A stretch of 64,000 nt of DNA from an uncultured Clostridia bacterium (GTDB lineage Bacteria > Bacillota > Clostridia > Saccharofermentanales > Saccharofermentanaceae): positions 12,656-76,655 of the forward strand of contig CAMVBS010000003.1 in assembly GCA_947165785.1 (NCBI GenBank), in the 5' to 3' direction. The translations under genes and the position numbers were made by a program. Of the stretch, positions 19,819 to 28,969 are shown piece by piece. Position 1 is the stretch's first letter; the number at the start of each line of letters is the position of its first letter. The notes under the pieces were generated by a model. It was not told where the DNA came from and made no database searches. It was given only the letters and a program-made list of their open reading frames with translations.

Positions 19819-21180
19819 TCAGATAGCAGAAAGTGTATCCATGAAGCTGTCGAATGTACCCTGTACATCGCTGCCGCCTGCAAGGATAAAGAGAAGAGCA
19901 TTATCCTTGAGTATGATAGCCATACCGAACTCATCCTGCATGGTTACATAGAAATCGATTCCGTCATAGTTAACGATCTCGACCTCCTCATCAAGAGCAA
20001 CGAGAGAGAACTTCTGAGCAGTCTCTTCATCAGCCTCGTAGATAGCGATCATACACATGTCATTGCCGTCGCCTGACATAGCAAGGAAATCATATACTGA
20101 TGCCTCTTCAGAACCCATATCTGAAAGATCGTCTTTGGTCATTAGGATAAGATCCATGGATGACATATCCATCTTGAATCCGAAGTACTCGTTTGTGTAA
20201 ACCTGACCGTCCATCTTACCGAAACACTCATCCTTAGCCGGCTTAAGGTGACTCATGAAATCATTCATTTCCTCATCGCCGCCGTTATCGTCTGAAGGGA
20301 GAGTAGGATCTGTATCGTCATCACCGGCCTTGAATGTGAATGTCTCTGTAAGTACCATATCAGAGCATGTAGCTGTGATAGTATAAGTACCGTCTTCCTT
20401 ACAATCAGAACCGCTGAATGACATAGAAGACTCAGCACCTGAATAGAAGAAGAGGGAACCTGTAAATACGGAATCTCCGTTAGGATCTGTAACTTCGATC
20501 TCGATTTCTGCTGCTTCAAGATCATCGATCTCATCACAATTAACTGTTACATCGATCTCATCAGAAGTTGTGTAAGAACTCTTCTTTGTGGAGAGTGTAC
20601 CAAATGTTGTGTAAGAAGGTGCCTCATAAACATCAAAGTATGGTGAACTGATGAGCTTTACATAATCCTTGACTGTATCGTCTGCATTGGATACGAGGAG
20701 CTTCTCGTCATCTTCATCATAGGAGAGCTCGAGCTCATACTCCTCTTCTCCGTCATCGCTGTCGTCGATGTAATCCTCCCACTCATCTGCTGACATAACA
20801 GAATCGATGGAAACGATCTCAGGATAAACAACCTTGATCGTAACTGTAGCAGAATCATCATCTACCTCGATGGAATCCTCATCGACTTCTGCAGAGAACT
20901 TCTTGAACCAGTACTTGTAAACGTCCTCAGCGCTCTCGTCCATATCGAAGTCGAAGCTTACGTCCTCTGCGGAATCATCGGAAACCTTCTTGATACCGTC
21001 AGCATCGCGGTCTAACAAGGCATCAGCAAAAGACTCTGCGATCTTTTTTACGTCCTTCTCTGAAATCTCAGAGTCGTCACTGTCTTTCTTGCTCTTCTTG
21101 GATGAAGTAGCACATCCGAACATAGCAAATGCCATGGATGCTACAACTGCAAGAGCAATGATCTTTTTAAGATTCTTCAT
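19819..21180 (-). CDS. Hypothetical highly acidic lipoprotein
   Basis: Lipobox AMFGCATSS and a D/E-rich sequence. I recognise no family. Confidence 0.6.
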   Translation of the reverse strand: MKNLKKIIALAVVASMAFAMFGCATSSKKSKKDSDDSEISEKDVKKIAESFADALLDRDADGIKKVSDDSAEDVSFDFDMDESAEDVYKYWFKKFSAEVDEDSIEVDDDSATVTIKVVYPEIVSIDSVMSADEWEDYIDDSDDGEEEYELELSYDEDDEKLLVSNADDTVKDYVKLISSPYFDVYEAPSYTTFGTLSTKKSSYTTSDEIDVTVNCDEIDDLEAAEIEIEVTDPNGDSVFTGSLFFYSGAESSMSFSGSDCKEDGTYTITATCSDMVLTETFTFKAGDDDTDPTLPSDDNGGDEEMNDFMSHLKPAKDECFGKMDGQVYTNEYFGFKMDMSSMDLILMTKDDLSDMGSEEASVYDFLAMSGDGNDMCMIAIYEADEETAQKFSLVALDEEVEIVNYDGIDFYVTMQDEFGMAIILKDNALLFILAGGSDVQGTFDSFMDTLSAI

Positions 21181-21323
21181 AATAATCCATCCTTATAAAA
21201 TAGTCGATGTTACTTAACGCAACACCGACTATTATACAACTATTATATGCGTTTGTAAAAATATCCGAGAACAATAGGTCCATTTAAGCAATAAGATTCA
21301 CATATATAGACAAGCTATTTTTC

Positions 21324-22313
21324 TCAGTGTGCAGACGAAGAAGATGCAGCCGTTGTCGTTGTAGCTACTATACAAGCTATCATTGCAAGTTCCTGAGCTA
21401 TGATCGTAGTGATGATGGAATTGATCGCTGCTCCGCCTGCAACGTCCACCTTCGAGTATTCCTTCATGACGATACATGCGGCAAGGACTCTTCGAAGTTT
21501 CTTACCGATCGCAAGGTTGCCAAGGCCCCTGACTTTGCTAAGATAAGCTTCCACTTCCTTCATCTCGTCTATTGCCTTTTTGATATCACTGCCCTGTACG
21601 ACATAAGAGATGACTCCCTCTACGGCAAGGCTATAGCCGTCAAACCTGAACTTCTCTTCTTTAAGGATCTTGTGGACATTATATGCGGCATCAGCCTTCT
21701 CCTGCGCCTCTCCATCGAAAACACTGAGCAGGCACGCGAGGAACTGAACATTGTTTTTCGAGAAATAGTGAGGTTTTAAGCATCTGAAGATGTCTTCACA
21801 GTGTCTTGCTATCTCAGCAGGCTGTCTACCGCAGCAGGCCATCGATACGCAGCTCGGGATGTCTTCAGAACTTGTGAGCATCGGATGGTCTTTCTTGATC
21901 TTCTTGTAAAGTTCTCTGGTCCTTTTTACTGCACCTGCATACTCCTTGGGCTCACAGTACTCGAAAATGTTTACTGCAGCTACTACAAGATAATCACTGT
22001 TTAAGAAAAGATCGTCGAGCATCTTATGGATCTTCTTGATCTGTTCGAATGCGTACTCGGGATCATCGCTTTTGGCAACAGCAGCCATAACGACCTGTCT
22101 TGCATTGCCGTGACCTAATGTAGAAAGCAGATGAGTGTTCTTGTTGATGATCTCTTTTGCTTCTTTAAACCTGATCGGATCCGTAGGAACATCGCCGTTC
22201 AGGACGATGGCACTGGTGCATGCCGGAAGGTTTCCGTCAAGTTTATAAGTGTTCTTTGCAACCTTGAAGTTCTGGATAAAGACATCACAACTGTTCTTTA
22301 TACTTGTTTTCAT
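21324..22313 (-). CDS. Hypothetical protein, DUF4003-like (paralog A)
   Basis: 329 aa and alignable by eye over its full length to the product of 37919..38875. The DUF4003 name is from memory of that family. SD GGAGG lies upstream. Confidence 0.5.
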   Translation of the reverse strand: MKTSIKNSCDVFIQNFKVAKNTYKLDGNLPACTSAIVLNGDVPTDPIRFKEAKEIINKNTHLLSTLGHGNARQVVMAAVAKSDDPEYAFEQIKKIHKMLDDLFLNSDYLVVAAVNIFEYCEPKEYAGAVKRTRELYKKIKKDHPMLTSSEDIPSCVSMACCGRQPAEIARHCEDIFRCLKPHYFSKNNVQFLACLLSVFDGEAQEKADAAYNVHKILKEEKFRFDGYSLAVEGVISYVVQGSDIKKAIDEMKEVEAYLSKVRGLGNLAIGKKLRRVLAACIVMKEYSKVDVAGGAAINSIITTIIAQELAMIACIVATTTTAASSSSAH

Positions 22314-22389
22314 ATTATTCTATCCTCCGTTATATTGTTAATTTATCGTAACTCTTATATGTTAAGAAATCGATAAGAGATAGTTAAAA

Positions 22390-22398
22390 TGCTATAAT
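22390..22398 (+). promoter_or_regulatory. Extended -10 promoter element (TGcTATAAT) for the aldo/keto reductase gene
   Basis: TGcTATAAT lies at 22390-22398. This argues against ATG 22401 and for ATG 22428 as the start. Confidence 0.45.
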
Positions 22399-22427
22399 CA
22401 ATGCATCTGATCCAGGGGGGTATTTCT

Positions 22428-23603
22428 ATGCAGTACAGACGCGATATATCAATACTCGGATACGGTTGTATGCGCTTTACGCAAAAGGGCAACAAGATCG
22501 ATCTGGAAAAAGCTGAGAAAGAAGTACTCAGGGCATTTGAACTGGGCGTCAATTATTTTGATACTGCATATATCTACCCGGGAAGCGAAGAGGCTCTCGG
22601 TAAGATCATCGAGAAAAATGATCTTCGTGACAAGATAAAGCTCGTTACCAAACTTCCTCAGTATTTCGTAAAGAAGACCGAGGATCTGGATAAGTATCTT
22701 ACGGAGCAGCTTAAGCGTCTTCGTACTGACCACCTGGATTTCTATCTTCTCCACCACATGACGGACTACGCTCAGTGGGAGCATCTTGATGCACTCGGAA
22801 TAAGAGACTGGGTCAAAAAGCAGAAGGAATGCGGAAAGATAAAGAACTTCGGTTTTTCCTTTCACGGCAATACGGAGATGTTCCTGAAGATACTAAATGC
22901 ATATGACTGGGACATGTGCCTGGTTCAGTATAACTACGCCGACGAGAATTCCCAGGCAGGAAAAGAGGGCGTTCGTGCCGCATATGCCAAGGGTATTCCG
23001 GTCATGATAATGGAGCCTCTCCGAGGCGGAAAACTTGTTGACCTCCTCCCTTCAAAAGCCAAGGAACTCATAGCCTCCGACAGCCACGGCTGGACACCGG
23101 CGCAGTGGGCATTCAGATGGCTCTGGGATCAAAAGGAAGTCACCTGCGTCCTGTCTGGAATGAACTCGATAGAGATGATCGAAGAAAACTGCAAGACCGC
23201 ATCTGATGCCAGGGAAGGTGCCTTCGGTGAAGAAGAATTTCAGATGATCGAATCCATAAAAGGATTCATTAATGCCAATACCAAAGTCAACTGTACCGGT
23301 TGCCGCTACTGCGTTCCGTGTCCTAAGGGCGTTGACATTCCCGGCATCTTCTCGTGTTATAACCATATGTATTCGGAAAACAAATCCCAGGGCAGAAAGG
23401 AATATTTTCAGTCGATCGCTCTAAGGCTCCAGCCTGCGGAAGCATCGCTTTGCGTTAAGTGCGGAAAATGTGAAAAACACTGTCCTCAGAGCATCCCGAT
23501 AAGAGAAAAACTCGTTGAGGCAGACAAGGCATTAAGACCTGTTCATTATAAGGTCATGGCAAATGTGGCTCGTCATTTCATGATCGGAAAGAAAAGAAAG
23601 TGA
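22428..23603 (+). CDS. Aldo/keto reductase with C-terminal 4Fe-4S ferredoxin-type domain
   Basis: An AKR N-terminus (LGYGCMRF, FDTAYIY) and C-terminal Cys clusters (CTGCRYCVPCP and CVKCGKCEKHCP). Confidence 0.85.
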   Translation: MQYRRDISILGYGCMRFTQKGNKIDLEKAEKEVLRAFELGVNYFDTAYIYPGSEEALGKIIEKNDLRDKIKLVTKLPQYFVKKTEDLDKYLTEQLKRLRTDHLDFYLLHHMTDYAQWEHLDALGIRDWVKKQKECGKIKNFGFSFHGNTEMFLKILNAYDWDMCLVQYNYADENSQAGKEGVRAAYAKGIPVMIMEPLRGGKLVDLLPSKAKELIASDSHGWTPAQWAFRWLWDQKEVTCVLSGMNSIEMIEENCKTASDAREGAFGEEEFQMIESIKGFINANTKVNCTGCRYCVPCPKGVDIPGIFSCYNHMYSENKSQGRKEYFQSIALRLQPAEASLCVKCGKCEKHCPQSIPIREKLVEADKALRPVHYKVMANVARHFMIGKKRK

Positions 23604-24113
23604 TCAGGTGTGCCTTACGACTTCAAAACGTTGCAGCGTGATCTTCTCGATAGGAAGGATTCCTGCCTTTGCCTTGCAGATCATGATCTGATCTTCTACG
23701 GTATCCACGCCTTCAAGATCAGGAAGAAGCAGTCCCCTTTTATAACCTGAGGTTACGATGACACCATACTTAGACGGATCAAGTTTATCCGTTGAACCGA
23801 CTGGTTCAGGCATGGTAAGCACGTCAACATTTATCTCCAGATCTTTAAGTTCTTCAGCCGTCAGAGGACTAAACCTGGGATCTTTTGTCGCGGAACTTAT
23901 ACTGTTACGGATGATCTCCATGGCGATATTCTCACAAGTAGGTACCATGGTCCCTATGCATCCTCTAAGTTCGCCTTTAAGATGAAGTGAAACAAATACG
24001 CCTGAAGCTTCGGATAGCATCTCCGAAGGAAGATCCAAAGGCACATTTATGACATTACCGCTAATGACATATTCCGTTATCGTATCTCTTGCAAGTCTTA
24101 CATAGGGGTCCAT
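23604..24113 (-). CDS. AMMECR1 domain protein
   Basis: 169 aa with an AMMECR1 core (LRGCIG, DPRF.P). It starts 1 nt after the upstream stop. Confidence 0.85.
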   Translation of the reverse strand: MDPYVRLARDTITEYVISGNVINVPLDLPSEMLSEASGVFVSLHLKGELRGCIGTMVPTCENIAMEIIRNSISSATKDPRFSPLTAEELKDLEINVDVLTMPEPVGSTDKLDPSKYGVIVTSGYKRGLLLPDLEGVDTVEDQIMICKAKAGILPIEKITLQRFEVVRHT

Positions 24114-24114
24114 A

Positions 24115-24906
24115 TCATTTGAACTCGCAGACCATATAACCTACTCCGGTAACCCTCTCATACGAAAGGACTTCAGGAGTAAGATCCATGCCTTCTATCG
24201 CACCGCCGAGGATAGTCATGGAACGATGTCCGCACTCCATTGCTTTCTCCCTTATCTCTTCATCGAAGGTAACGAGCTGATGAAGGTCTCCGCTGCCGCA
24301 GATCTTTACTATCTGTTCATCATAAAGAGGCCCTTCTTTGGCAAAACCGTACGGACCGTATTTCTGAAGTCTGTGCGACAGGTCGCAACTCGCAACTACC
24401 GCAATATTCTTACCCGATGCAGCTATTGCCTCGTTTATCACTTTTCCGAACTCATAATGAGTCTCAAGTGAAAGCTCGGAAAACGCGATCCTGACAAGTT
24501 TTACGTTAGGAGATTTACTCTTTATGAACTTAAGAGGGATCATTGTACCGTGATCAAGAGGATCAGGTGTCTCATCTATCGTCACAGGTATCGATGACTT
24601 TTCTGCATGTGAAGCTATAAGATCTATAAGTTCTCTGTCATTATCCGCTCCGACTTTAAGTGCGGGAACGTCAAATGACGCAAATGATCCTACACTGTGG
24701 TCGCCTCCCGAGATTATAAACTTATCAGCAGCCATAGGAGCATGCGGGCTTACTATGACGACAGTATCGACATTGCTCTTGGCGATAAGATATGAAATAC
24801 AAAGATATGCATTGATCGTAGCTGCGATCTGTATCTCGCTTCCGAGTCCTATTTCCGTGAGGATAATAGGCGGATGCGGGACGATAAATGCCCCCGTTAA
24901 CGGCAT
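24115..24906 (-). CDS. LigB-like (class III extradiol dioxygenase subunit B fold) protein partnered with AMMECR1
   Basis: N-terminal IVPHPP and internal H/D-rich motifs (SPHAP, DHG, DLSH). Strong SD AAGGAGGGGG lies upstream. Confidence 0.65.
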   Translation of the reverse strand: MPLTGAFIVPHPPIILTEIGLGSEIQIAATINAYLCISYLIAKSNVDTVVIVSPHAPMAADKFIISGGDHSVGSFASFDVPALKVGADNDRELIDLIASHAEKSSIPVTIDETPDPLDHGTMIPLKFIKSKSPNVKLVRIAFSELSLETHYEFGKVINEAIAASGKNIAVVASCDLSHRLQKYGPYGFAKEGPLYDEQIVKICGSGDLHQLVTFDEEIREKAMECGHRSMTILGGAIEGMDLTPEVLSYERVTGVGYMVCEFK

Positions 24907-24929
24907 AGGCCCCCTCCTTTGCCGATATG

Positions 24930-25493
24930 TCAGATATTCTTAGGTGTTCCGTCAGGATTAAAGAGCGGAAGCGGTTTCAGATATTTAATGTCCGTACGTT
25001 TTGAAGCAGCGCCTTCCGCAAATACGGTTACGCGGTCAACGACTTTACCTCCTGCAAGTTCAACGAGTTCCTCCATTGCTTTAAGAGAACCGCCTGTTGA
25101 AATAACATCATCTACGAGTAATATCCTCTTACCCTTAATAAGTTCTGCATCGTCTTCACCAAGATAAAGAGCCTGAACTCCCTTGGTCGTAATGGATTCA
25201 TCCTTAACGCAGATCGGATTCGGCATATAGTTCTTGTGGCCTTTACGGGCAATGAAATACTTCTTTGCGCCGGACTGCCTTGCCATCTCATGGATCAAAG
25301 GAATGCCCTTTGCCTCTGCCGTAAACATATAGTCATAACTGTCACTCGGGACAAGTTTTAAAAGTTCCCTTGCACATGCGACCGTGACCTCCGCATCGCC
25401 AAAACAGATAAAAGCTGCTATATAAAGTTCGTCATTGACTTTGCAAAGCGGGAGTTCACGCTTAAGACCCGCGATCTCGACATCATATTTCAT
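24930..25493 (-). CDS. Purine/adenine-type phosphoribosyltransferase family protein
   Basis: PRPP-binding motif ILLVDDVISTGGS in a 187 aa protein. Confidence 0.75.
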   Translation of the reverse strand: MKYDVEIAGLKRELPLCKVNDELYIAAFICFGDAEVTVACARELLKLVPSDSYDYMFTAEAKGIPLIHEMARQSGAKKYFIARKGHKNYMPNPICVKDESITTKGVQALYLGEDDAELIKGKRILLVDDVISTGGSLKAMEELVELAGGKVVDRVTVFAEGAASKRTDIKYLKPLPLFNPDGTPKNI

Positions 25494-25588
25494 AAGTTCG
25501 ATCCTTTCCGTAAGTGCCCAAATACATAATGATTTTACGACATCAGGCGACTAATCTCAAGAATTCATGAAAATTTGGCAAAACCGTA

Positions 25589-25636
25589 TTGACGTTTTGG
25601 TCTATTCGCGATAGACTAGGTTTATTCAGAGTAGAC
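25589..25636 (+). promoter_or_regulatory. Candidate blaI/blaR1 promoter with overlapping operator
   Basis: TTGACG (25589-25594), 17 nt, then TAGACT (25612-25617). The inverted repeat GTCTAT-tcgcg-ATAGAC (25600-25616) spans the spacer and -10. An extra GTAGAC half-site lies at 25631-25636. Confidence 0.35.
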
Positions 25637-25658
25637 CAGCGAAAGGAGATGATATGAA

Positions 25659-26012
25659 ATGGAACTTGGAGAGGTTCAGGAAAGATTTGCAAAGATAATC
25701 TGGGAGAAGGCACCGGTTACATCAGGCGAACTCGTTAAGATCTGTAACGATTCATTCGGCTGGAAAAAATCAACCACCTACACTGTTCTTCGTAAACTTT
25801 GCGACAAGGGACTTTTCGAGAATGATAACGGGACTGTAAAGGTCCTTATGACAAACGGAGAGTATCAGGCAAAAAAGAGCGAAGAAGTGATAGATGAGTT
25901 TTTTGACGGATCACTCCCCGCGTTTATCGCAGCTTTTACAAACGGGAAGAAAGTGGCGCCTGAAGAAGTGGAAGAGCTTCAGCGTCTCATAGATGAAATG
26001 AGGAGAAATTAA
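25659..26012 (+). CDS. BlaI/MecI/CopY family transcriptional repressor
   Basis: 117 aa winged-helix protein with the family N-terminus pattern (EVQERFAKIIWEK...TSGELV). It lies 1 nt upstream of the blaR1-like gene. Confidence 0.85.
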   Translation: MELGEVQERFAKIIWEKAPVTSGELVKICNDSFGWKKSTTYTVLRKLCDKGLFENDNGTVKVLMTNGEYQAKKSEEVIDEFFDGSLPAFIAAFTNGKKVAPEEVEELQRLIDEMRRN

Positions 26013-26013
26013 T

Positions 26014-27864
26014 ATGAGACTCTTTCTCGAAAACCTAATCAACATCAGCCTCATGGCAGGTGTTTTTACATTGGCAGTACTCGTGATCAGGCAGGTATTC
26101 AAACGTGCTCCTAAGGCTCTTATCATGTGTATGTGGGCACTGGTCGCACTTCGTCTTCTGTGTCCTTACACGATCAGGACCGATTTCGGAGTCATGCCCC
26201 GCAAAGTGATCGAACAAAGATCTGAGATCACGGGAGAACAACCCCGAATAACATACATCGTCATGGGTAAACCAGCCGTTACAAAGATCCGCCCTGCCAA
26301 AGAAAAGATCGACCCTTATAAGGTGGCAGGCATCGTATGGATCGCAGGTTCAGCAGTCATGCTAACCGCAGGTGCCGTAAGTTATATAAGACTTCAAAGA
26401 AGGATAAGAGCCAAGATTAGGATCGAAGATAACATCTATATCTGCGACGATGTGGATACACCGTTTGTCGTCGGTATGATGAGACCGAAGATCATTATCC
26501 CGTCAAACATGGATAAGAAGGCACTGGATCATGTACTTAACCACGAGAGGATGCACATCAGGCATAAGGATAATATCTGGAAACCACTGGGGTATATTCT
26601 TTTATCGCTCAACTGGTTTAATCCGGTCATCTGGATCGCATATATAAGTTTCTGCAAGGATATGGAACTTTATTGTGATGAATCAGTCATTAAGGGTTAT
26701 TCCAAAGAAAGAGCCGCTCAGTATCTCGAGGCACTCCTCAACCTTAGCACATCACGAAACCCTGTCATGGCGCTGGCATTCGGTGAGATCGGGATCGGTT
26801 ACAGGATCAGATCCATCACGAAGTACAAGAAACCTGCGATCGCCCTCATAGTCGTATGCGTCATCACCATGGCAGTGGCAACGGCATGTTTTCTGACTAA
26901 CAAGGACACCGATCCGACGGTCAGCAGCGCATCCGCGGATGCAGTTGAACAAACCGCAACAAGTGAACTCACGGAAGATGAGCTTGCCGAATATCTCATA
27001 AAAGATGATGACTTTGTAACGGCAGCAGCCTCCTCCGCAATGGAAAACCTTGCAGTGACATGTCCATCAAAGATCGGTATATGGATCGATTCCGTTAAGA
27101 AAAACGATGACGGAGGCGCAACAGTAACTGTGTTGATCCAAAACTCGAGTGAGTTTTATACCGTATCTTATAAAACTGATCTCACTATCGATGGTTCATT
27201 AAACATCACCGGTGCATCGGAATACGAATTTTACGGCAGTCAGATAGACAAGGAAGGCGGCAGAAACGTTTATTTCTATTATCCTGAGGAGGGAGAGATT
27301 CCTCAGACCGATTCTTCAGACGACATTTTGCTTAGCGTTTCTTCTATGAACATTGAACCTGACAGTGAAGACTTCTTGCAGCTGTTAGCCCAAGGCGCTC
27401 CTAACATCCTTGAAATAGATAAAACTACCGTTGCTTATCTCAAGGCTGTACCTGCCGGAAATGAGACGAATTATCTGCTCCTTTTTGAAGGTGATAAGGG
27501 TTTAGTTTCGATGACGGTCCATTTAGGCTACGAACCGGTATATCTTCAAAATGTCGAGGCCGCTGACACGGAAGACGGCAACTCCAATACGCCATTTTTA
27601 GTTAATTCCGGAATATCTGACGATAATATATCACAACCGGGATTTGTCTCATTCATTAACATAACGGGAGACTCAGACGATACGGCGATCGTATCCGAAT
27701 TAAAAGAAAGCGGTGAGATGACAGATCCTTACGATCCGAACCAGTATGATTATCTGGTGATCTTCTCATACGGCAATACCGATCTCGAGACAGAACTCAT
27801 TCAAAAAGCCGAAGAAGAGTACAAGACCTTCGATGATGTACTCATACTTCCGATACAAGATTGA
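26014..27864 (+). CDS. BlaR1/MecR1-type M56 peptidase signal transducer with a large unassigned C-terminal domain
   Basis: N-terminal TM helices, the zinc motif HERMHIRHKD, a later TM helix, then about 330 aa with no penicillin-binding motif that I can see. Confidence 0.8.
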   Translation: MRLFLENLINISLMAGVFTLAVLVIRQVFKRAPKALIMCMWALVALRLLCPYTIRTDFGVMPRKVIEQRSEITGEQPRITYIVMGKPAVTKIRPAKEKIDPYKVAGIVWIAGSAVMLTAGAVSYIRLQRRIRAKIRIEDNIYICDDVDTPFVVGMMRPKIIIPSNMDKKALDHVLNHERMHIRHKDNIWKPLGYILLSLNWFNPVIWIAYISFCKDMELYCDESVIKGYSKERAAQYLEALLNLSTSRNPVMALAFGEIGIGYRIRSITKYKKPAIALIVVCVITMAVATACFLTNKDTDPTVSSASADAVEQTATSELTEDELAEYLIKDDDFVTAAASSAMENLAVTCPSKIGIWIDSVKKNDDGGATVTVLIQNSSEFYTVSYKTDLTIDGSLNITGASEYEFYGSQIDKEGGRNVYFYYPEEGEIPQTDSSDDILLSVSSMNIEPDSEDFLQLLAQGAPNILEIDKTTVAYLKAVPAGNETNYLLLFEGDKGLVSMTVHLGYEPVYLQNVEAADTEDGNSNTPFLVNSGISDDNISQPGFVSFINITGDSDDTAIVSELKESGEMTDPYDPNQYDYLVIFSYGNTDLETELIQKAEEEYKTFDDVLILPIQD

Positions 27865-27871
27865 TGATATG

Positions 27872-27899
27872 AAAAAGAGAGGCACCGCCTCTCTTTTTT
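27872..27899. terminator. Bidirectional intrinsic terminator between convergent genes
   Basis: aaaaagagagg-caccg-cctctcttttt, with a 7-bp GC-containing stem flanked by A and T tracts. Confidence 0.75.
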
Positions 27900-27923
27900 A
27901 TAACTGAAATATTCAACCGTCAA

Positions 27924-28844
27924 TCAAAGTTCGGCATCTTCGATCATTACAGAAGTAAAGCCATCCTCTGTTCCCGTCACCGTGATCCTTATCGCACAGT
28001 CTTCGCTGCCTGCTTCATATGCAAAATCCATCGTTCCCGTTGAATCAAATACTAAGATCACAGGGACCAGTTCATCGTTAAGTTGCGCGACCGTAAGTTC
28101 AGGATCATCAAATTTTCTTCGAAGGACATCTATCCTCGATTCCAGTGCGGACATGGCTTTCACCCTCGCCTTGATATCGAACTCCTCAGCATTGGAATAC
28201 ACCTTCTCAAACAGATCGAACGCATTATCCGCACTGTGAGTCTTGTTGTTCGGAGTAAAGAATACTTCCACATCTTCACCCATGAAATCAATTTCAGTCT
28301 CATATGCGCCGAGAAGATTGGAATATGTAACCTCTTCTCCGTTACTTAGTGTATGAGGCTTAAGAAGGACCGCAGAACTCATCGGCTGATCGTTCATCGT
28401 AACCTCATCAAATCCCTGCTCGAGGGTTCCCGAGATACTGAAACAGAAACTATCCTCGTCAAAGTCGAACTCTTCGAATATCACCTTTACCTTGTTGCCC
28501 TGAGGTCTTCCGATATGGACATTCCCCGCATAGCTTATCTCGACTTTCCTTGGTGTATATTGCTCGAGGAAAGTCTCCGTCGAGATCTGTGCGCCGTAAT
28601 CCGTAAAGAACGGCATTACTTTCTTCGCCAAAGTCTCGCCAATATGATCCATCCATCTTCCCCAGTCCTCATAAAGCTTGGAGAAAGTATATTTGACCGC
28701 TTCTACGCTGTTCTGATCTTCCGGGTCACAGAAAAGAGATATATCCGTTGCCCTGCCGTCCGGCTCGACAGTACAGAAATAGCAGTTCTCTTCCGCATCA
28801 TACTCAGCGATCGTACCGTTACATAGTTTGATCTGACTTGCCAT
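27924..28844 (-). CDS. Hypothetical cytoplasmic protein, two tandem DUF2004-like halves
   Basis: The two halves share the same pattern by eye. The family name is a recollection. SD AAGGAGAGG lies upstream. Confidence 0.4.
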   Translation of the reverse strand: MASQIKLCNGTIAEYDAEENCYFCTVEPDGRATDISLFCDPEDQNSVEAVKYTFSKLYEDWGRWMDHIGETLAKKVMPFFTDYGAQISTETFLEQYTPRKVEISYAGNVHIGRPQGNKVKVIFEEFDFDEDSFCFSISGTLEQGFDEVTMNDQPMSSAVLLKPHTLSNGEEVTYSNLLGAYETEIDFMGEDVEVFFTPNNKTHSADNAFDLFEKVYSNAEEFDIKARVKAMSALESRIDVLRRKFDDPELTVAQLNDELVPVILVFDSTGTMDFAYEAGSEDCAIRITVTGTEDGFTSVMIEDAEL

Positions 28845-28969
28845 AGTACCTCTCCTTACGAATCTCTTATAAGCTATATTTTATCATTGATCGCGATTCA
28901 TACCTATCGAAAACATCATCCCGTGATAAAATTAAAATATAATACTTTTATTTCATACAACAGGTGTTT

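Noticed and set aside
21200-21232. The hairpin atagtcgatgtt...aacaccgactat upstream of the acidic lipoprotein gene, as a possible terminator or riboregulator.
   Set aside because: The stem is AT-rich with a mismatch, the downstream T tract is weak, and it sits only about 8 nt from the SD. The evidence is not enough to call either function.
25494-25588. A possible purine riboswitch upstream of the phosphoribosyltransferase gene.
   Set aside because: The leader is short, and I cannot find the conserved purine-riboswitch loop motifs.
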